A program made the translations under genes and the position numbers. Below are positions 30,886 to 39,558 of a stretch of DNA of 64,000 nucleotides, in pieces; position 1 is the first letter of the stretch; the number at the start of each line of letters is the position of its first letter. Source of the DNA: an uncultured Candidatus Saccharibacteria bacterium (lineage in GTDB: Bacteria > Patescibacteriota > Saccharimonadia > Saccharimonadales > Saccharimonadaceae); contig CARSRA010000002.1 of the NCBI GenBank assembly GCA_949063825.1, positions 1,571 to 65,570 on the forward strand, given 5' to 3'. The notes beneath the pieces are model-generated. The model worked only from the letters and a program-made list of their open reading frames with translations, did not search any database and was not told the origin of the DNA.

Positions 30886-31086
30886 CCCCTCAACTTTGCC
30901 TACACCGGCTACTACGATTACTCTTCGGGGTCTCTGGACTTTGCGACTACGGGTGGGAGCTTCTGGTACAGTACGGCGTACTCCTCGGCGAATGCCTACT
31001 ACCTGCACTTCAGTAGCAGCATTGTTAATCCGCAGAATTACGGCAGTCGTGGTTACGGTCGCTCCCTACGCTGCACCGCGAAGTAG
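30886..31086 (+). repeat. Cassette C: DGR variable-region-like C-terminal cassette (PLNFAYTGYY...GYGRSLRCTAK*)
   Basis: Homologous to B, D, E; in-frame ATG at 30868 gives a 72-aa mini ORF. Confidence 0.85.
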
Positions 31087-31204
31087 GGTAGATAGTACTC
31101 TGCAGACATCTCGCAATATAACCTAGGATTTAGTAAGTTTTAGCGGTATGATCCACGATGATTTTTCTACCGCTCGAGATGTGAAAAATACAACGTTTAT
31201 GCTA

Positions 31205-31258
31205 TTGACACACTATATATAGTGTCCTAAAATGGTTATAAGACACTATATATGGTGT
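31205..31258 (+). promoter_or_regulatory. nrdD promoter with two tandem NrdR boxes
   Basis: TTGACA-17-TAAAAT; ACACTATATATAGTGT (31210-31225) and ACACTATATATGGTGT (31243-31258) match the NrdR box consensus. Confidence 0.9.
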
Positions 31259-31316
31259 CAGGTCACAGTTAAGCAAAAATAAACATAACTTTGAGCACAA
31301 AGTAGGAGGTATTTTT

Positions 31317-33665
31317 ATGTTCAAAAAAATTGTTAAGAGAGATGGTAAGGTAGCAACTTTTAAACCAGAAAAAATTGCCGATGCAATTGCAGGTGCCGGA
31401 TTAGCTACAGAAGAATTTAAGCAAGATCGAGCCAAAGCTTTAACCGAAAAAGTCTTGAAACGCGCCGAAGAAACAATTCACCAGCGCACGCCGAATGTTG
31501 AGCAAATTCAAGATATTGTTGAGCAGGTTTTAATGGAATCAGCCTTTAAACGCACCGCGAAGGAATATATTACCTATCGCCAAGAGCGTAACCGTGTGCG
31601 TGAGGCCAAGAGTAACCTCATGAATATCTATAAGACGATTGCGGTTGCAGATGCGAGTGAAGATTCGGATGTTAAGCGTAGTAACGCGAACGTTGACGGT
31701 GATTCGGCGATGGGCAAGATGTTGCAGTTTGGTGCTGAAGGGTCGAAGATTTTCACGAAGAGCTTGTTGATGAAACCAGAATATGCTACGGCGCACGATA
31801 ATGGCGAGATTCATGTGCACGATCTAGATTTCTATGCGACTGGCACCCTGACTTGTTGCCAGACTGATCCATTACAGCTATTTAAGGATGGCGGCTTCAA
31901 TACTGGCCATGGTCACCTACGCACTCCAAATTCGATTGGTAGTTATGCGGCGCTGGCAGCAATCATCCTACAGGCGAATCAGAATGAACAACATGGTGGT
32001 CAGAGTATCCCGAATTTTGATTATGCGATGGCGGACGGAGTAAACAAAAGCTTCCGTAAAGCCCTTGAGCGCAATTTGAAGAAGTACAATGAATTTGCCG
32101 ATAAGCCTGTCAAGGCAGAAGTGCCGACGGATCTCATTTATGGTGACGAAAAAGCTCTGAAAAAGACTAAAATTCCCGCAAAAGTCATACAAGTATCGCA
32201 AGAGGATGTCGAACGTGAGACTTTCCAAGCCATGGAAGGATTTATCCATAATCTTAATACTATGCATTCACGTGCCGGAGCACAGGTGCCATTTACGAGT
32301 ATCAATTTCGGGACTGACGTGTCGGCGGCGGGTCGCCTAGTCAGTCGAGCTCTCCTAGATGCTACTGAGGCTGGTCTTGGGCGTGGTGAGACGCCAATCT
32401 TCCCGATCTCAATTTTCAAGGTTAAAGAAGGCGTAAACTATAATCCCGAAGATCCGAATTACGACTTATTCAAACGCAGTATGGAAGTGAGCTCAAAGCG
32501 CCTCTTCCCGAACTTCGTCTTTATTGATGCGCCATTCAACCTAGAAGGCTATAAACCAGGAGATTATCATACTGAGATTGCTACGATGGGTTGCCGCACA
32601 AGGGTCTACGGTAGCGTTTTTTCGGAGAGTGATCACGTCACGACTGGTCGCGGGAATCTAAGTTTCACCACTGTGAACTTAGTAAGGATTGGCATTAAGC
32701 ACGGTATTTGTTTGGGTGAGCGCAAGGAAGCTGACTGGTCTGGTTTCTACAAGGAATTGGATGAGAAGATGGATTTGGTCCGCGACGAATTGCTTGAGCG
32801 TTATGAGTTCCAGGCCAATCAACACGTGCGTAATTTCCCATTCTTGATGGGTCAAGGTAACTGGTTTGGTAGTGATAAACTTAATCCTAACGATACCTTA
32901 CGCGACGTAATCAAGCATGGTACGCTCAGTATCGGCTTTATCGGCTTAGCTGAATCATTAGTGGCTATGACGGGGAAGCATCATGGTGAGGACGAGGAGT
33001 CACGTGAGTTGGGTCTTGATATTATTACTCATATGCGTGAACGTTGCGATGCTTATAGTAAAAAATACAAACTAAACTTCACCTTGCTTGCGACACCAGC
33101 GGAGGGAATCGCTGGACGCTTTACGCGGATCGATCGCAAAGAATATGGTGAAATCAAGGGCGTAACTGATCGCGATTATTATACTAATAGTTTCCATGTG
33201 CCAGTCTATTATCCAATTTCCGCTTTTGAAAAGATCGAAATCGAAGCTCCATATCACGCACTTTGTAATGCTGGGCATATTACTTATATCGAGTTGGACG
33301 GTGATCCTTCACAAAATATCGAAGCTTTTGAGGCAGTGATCCGTAAAATGAAAGAGGCGGGTATTGGCTATGGCAGCGTGAACCATCCGGTTGACCGTGA
33401 TCCGGTCTGTGGCTTTTCTGGTATCATCGAAGGTAACCGTTGCCCGAGTTGTGGGCGCAAAGAGAGCGAAGGTGATATAGCCTTTGAACGCCTCAGGAGG
33501 ATTACTGGTTATCTCGTTGGTTCGTTGGAGCGCTGGAATGACGGCAAGAAGGCTGAGGAACATGACCGTGTAAAACATAACGTTTGCGGAGTCTATGATA
33601 AAGAAGAAAAATCGAAGCGTGAGGCGGCGAAGCGTACACAAAAAACGATGACTGGAAAGAAATAA
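31317..33665 (+). CDS. nrdD: Anaerobic (class III) ribonucleoside-triphosphate reductase with ATP cone
   Basis: IVKRDG ATP cone, IHVHDLD, TMGCRT, YYTNSFH, RLRRITGYL glycyl-radical motif. Confidence 0.97.
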   Translation: MFKKIVKRDGKVATFKPEKIADAIAGAGLATEEFKQDRAKALTEKVLKRAEETIHQRTPNVEQIQDIVEQVLMESAFKRTAKEYITYRQERNRVREAKSNLMNIYKTIAVADASEDSDVKRSNANVDGDSAMGKMLQFGAEGSKIFTKSLLMKPEYATAHDNGEIHVHDLDFYATGTLTCCQTDPLQLFKDGGFNTGHGHLRTPNSIGSYAALAAIILQANQNEQHGGQSIPNFDYAMADGVNKSFRKALERNLKKYNEFADKPVKAEVPTDLIYGDEKALKKTKIPAKVIQVSQEDVERETFQAMEGFIHNLNTMHSRAGAQVPFTSINFGTDVSAAGRLVSRALLDATEAGLGRGETPIFPISIFKVKEGVNYNPEDPNYDLFKRSMEVSSKRLFPNFVFIDAPFNLEGYKPGDYHTEIATMGCRTRVYGSVFSESDHVTTGRGNLSFTTVNLVRIGIKHGICLGERKEADWSGFYKELDEKMDLVRDELLERYEFQANQHVRNFPFLMGQGNWFGSDKLNPNDTLRDVIKHGTLSIGFIGLAESLVAMTGKHHGEDEESRELGLDIITHMRERCDAYSKKYKLNFTLLATPAEGIAGRFTRIDRKEYGEIKGVTDRDYYTNSFHVPVYYPISAFEKIEIEAPYHALCNAGHITYIELDGDPSQNIEAFEAVIRKMKEAGIGYGSVNHPVDRDPVCGFSGIIEGNRCPSCGRKESEGDIAFERLRRITGYLVGSLERWNDGKKAEEHDRVKHNVCGVYDKEEKSKREAAKRTQKTMTGKK

Positions 33666-34306
33666 TGGCGAGTCGCGAGAGCTCGGTAAATAAATCGATT
33701 GGGGGCAAGCAGAATGCCCCCAGCCCTCAACGCTCTGCGGGGTCGGATGCTAGACGACAGGCCGAGGCATGGGTAGCAAAGAAAATTCATGTCGTTGCTG
33801 ATACTGATGGTGGTGGTAAAATTCGCCTTTCTGGTCCACTCGAACATGACAACATCGTGAATGGTTATGGCTTAAGAGCGGTCCTATGGACACAGGGATG
33901 CCCTAATCATTGCCCGGGCTGCCAAAACCCCGAGACTTGGGATTTTGACACTGGGTTACTGGTTGATGTTGACGAGATCAAGGATCGCCTAAGAGCATTC
34001 CGTGGTCAGGCGGGATTAACCTTTTGTGGTGGTGAACCGTTTGCGCAACCAAAAGCTTGTAAAGAAATCGCTGATTGGTGTCGTCGGGAATTAGGCTGGA
34101 ATATTTGGTCGTTCACGGGTTTTACTTACGAATTAATCAAGGCCGAAGGTGGCGATAAATGGGAATTTTTGAAGAGTTTGGATGCTTTAATTGACGGTCC
34201 TTTTGTGTTGCCGGAGCGTGATTTGACTTTAAAATTTCGCGGGTCCCGAAATCAGCGGCTACTACATCTGCAACATGGTACTGGAGAGATTTTGAGCATA
34301 GAATAG
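33665..34306 (+). CDS. nrdG: Anaerobic RNR activating radical-SAM enzyme
   Basis: NGYGLR, QGCPNHCPGCQNP, GGEPF, FRGSRNQR; coupled to nrdD. Confidence 0.95.
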   Translation: MASRESSVNKSIGGKQNAPSPQRSAGSDARRQAEAWVAKKIHVVADTDGGGKIRLSGPLEHDNIVNGYGLRAVLWTQGCPNHCPGCQNPETWDFDTGLLVDVDEIKDRLRAFRGQAGLTFCGGEPFAQPKACKEIADWCRRELGWNIWSFTGFTYELIKAEGGDKWEFLKSLDALIDGPFVLPERDLTLKFRGSRNQRLLHLQHGTGEILSIE

Positions 34307-34382
34307 GCGGCTAGGGATAATTATAAATAGCCTAACCTTCCATTATATCATAGATAATAAATTTTGTCAATAGGGAGAAGAA

Positions 34383-34871
34383 ATGAGGGGATTAAGTATG
34401 ATTGCCTGCGTTAGTCGGGATCGCGGTCTAGGTAATAAGGGTAAGTTGTTATGGAATTTGCCAGAAGATATGCAATTTTTTAAGCAGACTACGATGGGTC
34501 ATCCGGTCGTAATGGGGTCAAAAACTTTTCGGAGTATCGGTCGACCCCTGCCTGGACGCGAGAATATTATCCTTTCACGCAGTGAAATCGATGCAGATGT
34601 GAAAGTTTTCCATGATAAAACTACACTCGACCATTATCTCGAATCGCTTGATGGCGAGAAATTCATTATTGGTGGCGCGTCGCTTTATGAAGCTTATCTA
34701 GATGAAGCCGAGACGCTTTATCTCACGGAAGTTGATGGCGAGAAACCGGCAGATACTTTCTTCCCAGCTTTTGATCCAGCGAAGTATGGGTGCAAGGTAA
34801 TAAAAGTGATACCAACCCACCTTGACCAAACAGGGTTCAATATTGTAAAATACACCAAAAGGCGAGTATAG
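34383..34871 (+). CDS. folA: Dihydrofolate reductase
   Basis: LLWNLPEDMQFFK, VVMGSKTFRSIGRPLPGRENIILS, IIGGA, DTFFP. Confidence 0.96.
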   Translation: MRGLSMIACVSRDRGLGNKGKLLWNLPEDMQFFKQTTMGHPVVMGSKTFRSIGRPLPGRENIILSRSEIDADVKVFHDKTTLDHYLESLDGEKFIIGGASLYEAYLDEAETLYLTEVDGEKPADTFFPAFDPAKYGCKVIKVIPTHLDQTGFNIVKYTKRRV

Positions 34872-34950
34872 TGGGCGGGCGTAATTGGAGGCTAATCAAA
34901 CAGCTGGGTGAAGCGGTCCGTCTCGCGCAAATACGAGAGGAATTACGATC

Positions 34951-36132
34951 ATGCGAGATCAACAAGTCTATTTAGATTACGCCGCGGGAGCGCCGTTATT
35001 GCCAGAAGTTAAAACGCGGATGGATGAGGTGGGCGAAGGATTAGTGAATGGTGAATATGGTAATCCCTCGGCGCTATATGCCACCGGACAACGTAGTCGA
35101 CGATTATTGGACGAAGCACGCATGCAGGTAGCTCTCTTGATTGATGCGCAGCCAAGTGAAATTATTTTTACCTCCGGCGGGACAGAATCAAATAATACAG
35201 TAATTCAAGCTTTTCAGCGACAAATTATTTGGACGACTCCGATTGAACATCCGAGTATTCTCGAGCCGCTTCGGAAGTTCTCGCGTCAAAAGGCACGTTT
35301 CGTATCGGTGGATAACGAGGGTAGGGTTTCCCCGAAAAATTTTTATCGTGATCCGGACCCAAAATATTGCCCAAGTTTAGTTTCGGTGATGTTGGCTAAT
35401 AATGAAATCGGTGTGATCGAGCCAGTACGTGAAATATCTATGAAATGCCGTTCACCAAAGTATAAAACATTAGTCCATACCGACGCGACGCAGGCGATCG
35501 GAAAGATCCCGGTGGATGTGAACGAGCTTAAGGTGGATTTACTGAGTTTTTCAGCGCATAAAATCGGTGGACCAGCGGGGATTGGCGTACTCTATGTACG
35601 CAAGAGCGCGCATGTGCGTCCGCTCCTGAGTGGAGGAGATCAAGAACGAGGGCGTCGTGCAGGAACAGAGAACCTTATGCTGATTGCGGGGCTTGCTAAA
35701 GCCGCTGAGTTGGCACGAGCAAGATTGACTGAGTGGGATAAAGTCGCAGGGTTACGCGATCAACTGCGGGCGGAGATTTTGCGGGAGATTCCGCATGTGA
35801 GTTGCAATAGTCCAAAAGAAGGCTGTTTGCCAAATATCTTAAATGTGAGTTTTGAGGCGATTGAGGGGGAGGCGATTCAACTGATGCTTGATGCTACCGG
35901 GATCGCGGTCTCTACTGGATCGGCTTGTGCTTCGAGTAAGCTTGAGCCCAGCCATGTAATTATGGCGATTCGCGGCGACGCTGAAATAGCTCATGGTAGT
36001 GTGCGCTTTAGTCTTGGGTTAAATACTACAGAATCGGATATACAAAAAGTAATGGCAGTTTTGCCAAAGATTGTGGCGAAATTACGCGATATGAGCACTT
36101 TGAAAGCTGGGGAGCATGACAAAGAATCTTGA
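34951..36132 (+). CDS. iscS: Cysteine desulfurase (IscS/NifS family)
   Basis: YLDYAA, FTSGGTESNN, HTDATQ, FSAHKIGGP, STGSACAS. Confidence 0.93.
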   Translation: MRDQQVYLDYAAGAPLLPEVKTRMDEVGEGLVNGEYGNPSALYATGQRSRRLLDEARMQVALLIDAQPSEIIFTSGGTESNNTVIQAFQRQIIWTTPIEHPSILEPLRKFSRQKARFVSVDNEGRVSPKNFYRDPDPKYCPSLVSVMLANNEIGVIEPVREISMKCRSPKYKTLVHTDATQAIGKIPVDVNELKVDLLSFSAHKIGGPAGIGVLYVRKSAHVRPLLSGGDQERGRRAGTENLMLIAGLAKAAELARARLTEWDKVAGLRDQLRAEILREIPHVSCNSPKEGCLPNILNVSFEAIEGEAIQLMLDATGIAVSTGSACASSKLEPSHVIMAIRGDAEIAHGSVRFSLGLNTTESDIQKVMAVLPKIVAKLRDMSTLKAGEHDKES

Positions 36133-36550
36133 TGATCAAAAATGCGAGTCGGAGCCGAAACCATTTGCCTATTCTGAGGCTGTTAAGGAACATTTCTTGA
36201 ATCCACGTAACTTTTTGATGGGTGATGGGAGCAAATATGCGTGTGATGCTAAGGGCACAGTGGGCAACCCAGTTTGTGGCGATCAGATGACGATGTATTT
36301 GCAGATTCGTGATGATAAAATCCAGGACGTGCGTTGGAAAACTTATGGTTGTGCCAGTGCGATTGCTAGCACATCCGCACTTAGCGAATTAGTAAAAGGC
36401 AAGACTTTGGACGCGGCTCTAGCAGTGGGTCCGAAAGAAATTAGTGAATTTCTCGGCGGACTACCGGAGCATAAATTTCATTGTTCGGTGCTAGGGCACG
36501 AAGCTCTAGCGGCGGCAATTGATAATTACCGTCAAAATTTGCAGAAATAA
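36116..36550 (+). CDS. iscU: Fe-S cluster scaffold protein (IscU/NifU family)
   Basis: HFLNPRN, GNPVCGD, YGCASAIAS, KFHCS. Confidence 0.93.
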   Translation: MTKNLDDQKCESEPKPFAYSEAVKEHFLNPRNFLMGDGSKYACDAKGTVGNPVCGDQMTMYLQIRDDKIQDVRWKTYGCASAIASTSALSELVKGKTLDAALAVGPKEISEFLGGLPEHKFHCSVLGHEALAAAIDNYRQNLQK

Positions 36551-36572
36551 GCTTTCTGAGTATAATATACTT

Positions 36573-37385
36573 ATGAATATACGAAACGGCTTGGCGGCAT
36601 CAATCTACCGTCTCTTGGTCGCAATTTTGGCGATGCTTGGTGCTTGGATGTGCTTTGAAAATTTTGGCTGGTCGTCGTGGCGAGTCCTGTTGACTTATAC
36701 GTTACTGTTTACTACGATTTACTTTGGCGTTTTAGCGATCGTAGGGCTAGTTTTAAATAAACGTAAGAGGCAGGCCCTTGGTTTGCCGATGTTAGAGGGT
36801 GCGCTAATAATCACATTATTGACGGTCAGCGTCACGACCTTCGTGTTCATGGCGAGAGATTGGGAGCACCCAGCTCTGGCTGGTGGTGCCGCAGCACTTA
36901 GCTACGTGACTTTACCTGTATTAGTTATTGCGGATTGGCTTATTTTTATGCCTAAAGGCCGTTGGCGGAGTATTTATCCTTTTTATTGGCTGGCATTTCC
37001 AGTGTTCTATGTGGCAGCGATATTATTTACGGCGGAATTATACCCGAATATCGACTTACGCTATCCGCTTGCCTTTTTAGACTACCATATTCATGATATT
37101 GTACAGATGATTTGGATTCTAATTTTTTATGCGATTTGTATATTGATAGTTGGTTATGGATTTTATGCTATCGATGCATTGGTCGGTGGGAAGGTTGGTA
37201 AATATGTGGTTTTGCCAAAGATTAAATTGGTTGAGGTTGGCGAAGTAGGGGATCATGAAGAAAGAACGATGACCAAAGGCTCGAGCTCAGGTAGTAAAGA
37301 TAAATCAGCTAAGAATATGCCGGTAGACAAAATTGAATCGAAAAAACGACGCCCGAAGGCGCCGCAAGTTGCTAAAAATGATTAG
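36573..37385 (+). CDS. Pr6Pr/FAR-17a-like integral membrane protein
   Basis: About six TM helices, LPVLVIADWLIF, YPLAFLD; start moved to ATG 36573, 6 nt after TATAAT. Confidence 0.7.
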   Translation: MNIRNGLAASIYRLLVAILAMLGAWMCFENFGWSSWRVLLTYTLLFTTIYFGVLAIVGLVLNKRKRQALGLPMLEGALIITLLTVSVTTFVFMARDWEHPALAGGAAALSYVTLPVLVIADWLIFMPKGRWRSIYPFYWLAFPVFYVAAILFTAELYPNIDLRYPLAFLDYHIHDIVQMIWILIFYAICILIVGYGFYAIDALVGGKVGKYVVLPKIKLVEVGEVGDHEERTMTKGSSSGSKDKSAKNMPVDKIESKKRRPKAPQVAKND

Positions 37386-37387
37386 CA

Positions 37388-38053
37388 TTAATAGGAGGGG
37401 CTGAAGCCGTATTTTTCCTGCCAGCTCTTTAGACCGTCATAAATGTAAGCATAGATTTCGTCAATCGTATCAAATGATACTACTGGCTTTGATTGAACGA
37501 TTCTCCTTGCTTCTGCTGACTGGTTCCAGGGAACCTTCTTGAAAATGTTGAGCAGCGCCGTAGACTGGGCCACGTTATACGGGCTATCTTCAACTAAGAT
37601 CAGCGTGCGTGGGTCAAGGATTTTGGGCTGATCATGACCGCCGTTTAGGTCATGTAGGAAAATTAGTTCTGGGTCGAGACCGGGCAACTGCTGCATGAGC
37701 TTCTTTCTCTTGACCTCGGCTACCGCCGAATTCATGCAATTACTATCAATGGCAACTTTAACCCCTAACTCTTCGATGCGCATGATCTTGGATACTCCAG
37801 GATAAAAAATCATTTTTTCAAAGAAATGTGGATCTTCAAAGATGCGTATTAGGCCCGATATCTGCTGCTTACTAAGATGCGGATTTTCTCGGAAGTTGTA
37901 CATTCTATGGAAAACTGTAGGGTCAATTCCAATCGCGTGCTCCGCGGCAGCGCCAAAATCCCATAGCGTAGAATCTACATCGAACACTACAAGTAGCCGT
38001 GACCAATCTAAGCTATACGGCGATGGAAGTATTTCCTCTAATCGTAAAGCCAT
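37388..38053 (-). CDS. HAD-superfamily hydrolase, 5'(3')-deoxyribonucleotidase-like
   Basis: VFDVDSTL motif I, ILVEDSPYN, PWNQ. Confidence 0.75.
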   Translation of the reverse strand: MALRLEEILPSPYSLDWSRLLVVFDVDSTLWDFGAAAEHAIGIDPTVFHRMYNFRENPHLSKQQISGLIRIFEDPHFFEKMIFYPGVSKIMRIEELGVKVAIDSNCMNSAVAEVKRKKLMQQLPGLDPELIFLHDLNGGHDQPKILDPRTLILVEDSPYNVAQSTALLNIFKKVPWNQSAEARRIVQSKPVVSFDTIDEIYAYIYDGLKSWQEKYGFSPSY

Positions 38054-38152
38054 GTCTCATATCACCTCCTTAGGTACAAAGTCTCTTGCTTCTAGATCAT
38101 TATTGCACTAATTATTGATAAAGTAAAGCTAGAGTTCGCAACTACTCTATGA

Positions 38153-38605
38153 TTAATTCGTCGATCCGATACCGCCAACTCGATCGCCTGAGGCATTATC
38201 ATTGTCAGTAGTAAGGAATTTATGAAAAACGACTTGCGCGATCCGCTCGCCTTTTTTAATGATGAGGTCGTGATCCAGAATATTAAAAACTATAATATGA
38301 ATATGCCCATCATTGTCGGGATTATTATAGTAGTCCGCATCGATTAATCCAACACCGTTGCCGAGTACGATCCCTTTACCTGCGCCAGAGCTGCGGTTGA
38401 GTACGAGGTAGCACTCGTCGGGTTGACAATACGCCTTGAGCCCAGTTGCAACCAAAGTCGGCTTGATTCCAGGGCAAAAAGATGGGATGACAGTATCTTC
38501 GGCAGCTTCTATATCGTAGCCAGCAGAATGAGCCGTAGATCGTTTCGGGAGATTAATTCCGCGATCTTCCCAGCCTTCTGCAATTTCAAAACCTCGTCTC
38601 TTCAT
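38153..38605 (-). CDS. dut: dUTP diphosphatase
   Basis: SAGYDI, RSS, GLIDADYY, GERIAQ, RVGGIGST. Confidence 0.95.
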   Translation of the reverse strand: MKRRGFEIAEGWEDRGINLPKRSTAHSAGYDIEAAEDTVIPSFCPGIKPTLVATGLKAYCQPDECYLVLNRSSGAGKGIVLGNGVGLIDADYYNNPDNDGHIHIIVFNILDHDLIIKKGERIAQVVFHKFLTTDNDNASGDRVGGIGSTN

Positions 38606-38631
38606 GTATAATTATATAGTAAAGGAGGGCG

Positions 38632-39555
38632 ATGGAAAAGTCAAAAGTCTATTTCAGCAAAGTGATCTCGTCGGAGAGTTTGATCAAGGTTTATAAGGCG
38701 CTTGATGCGAATTTGACTGGTAAGATCGCGGTTAAAGTATCGACGGGTGAGCGCGGAGCCAAAGGTTATTTGAAAGCGGACTTGATTGGTCCGCTCGTTC
38801 GAGATATTAAAGGGACGATTGTTGAATGTAATACAGCCTATAATGGCGCACGGAATACTACAGCGGATCATCTTGAAGTAGCAAAGGAACATGATTTTAC
38901 GGAATTTGCCGATGTTGATATTATGGACGCTAATGGTGAGATGAAGTTGCCCGTTAAAAATGGTAGACATCTTAAATATGACTTGGTTGGGAAGAATTTA
39001 GAGAATTATGATTCATTACTTAATCTTGCACATGGCAAAGGTCATCCAATGGGTGGATTTGGTGCTAATCTTAAAAATCAGGCGATTGGTCTCGCTTCGA
39101 GAAACGGTAAAGCTTATATTCATATGTGCGGCGACAGCGAAAGCCCTGAGGAAATGATCGAACGATTAACGTTTGAAGATGATGGGCGGATTCATGACGG
39201 TAAAACTTTGCAGAAGGATTTTATTGAATCAATGGCTGAAGCGGTAATGGCGGTGAATGATTATCTGTTCGAACATCACAAGCCAGTTGCATATATTACG
39301 GTCATGAATGCAATTTCGTTGCTTTGTGATTGTGCAGCTGAACAGGATGATCCAATTATGTGCGATCTTGGTATTGTCGCTAGCTTAGATCCAGTTGCCA
39401 ATGATCAGGCATTTGTTGATTTTATTTGGCAAAGTAACGAGCAAGGTGCAGCAGAATTGAGGCGAGAAATTGAGCGTCAAGAGGGGATGCATATTTTGGA
39501 GTATGCTGAAGAGTTAGGTCTAGGCTCGCGGGAGTACGAGCTGATCGAGGTCTAG
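38632..39555 (+). CDS. DUF362 domain protein (putative Fe-S protein)
   Basis: AVKVSTGE, VECNTAY, HGKGHPMGGFGANLKN, CDC, DLGIVASLDPVANDQA. Confidence 0.85.
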   Translation: MEKSKVYFSKVISSESLIKVYKALDANLTGKIAVKVSTGERGAKGYLKADLIGPLVRDIKGTIVECNTAYNGARNTTADHLEVAKEHDFTEFADVDIMDANGEMKLPVKNGRHLKYDLVGKNLENYDSLLNLAHGKGHPMGGFGANLKNQAIGLASRNGKAYIHMCGDSESPEEMIERLTFEDDGRIHDGKTLQKDFIESMAEAVMAVNDYLFEHHKPVAYITVMNAISLLCDCAAEQDDPIMCDLGIVASLDPVANDQAFVDFIWQSNEQGAAELRREIERQEGMHILEYAEELGLGSREYELIEV

Positions 39556-39558
39556 GAT

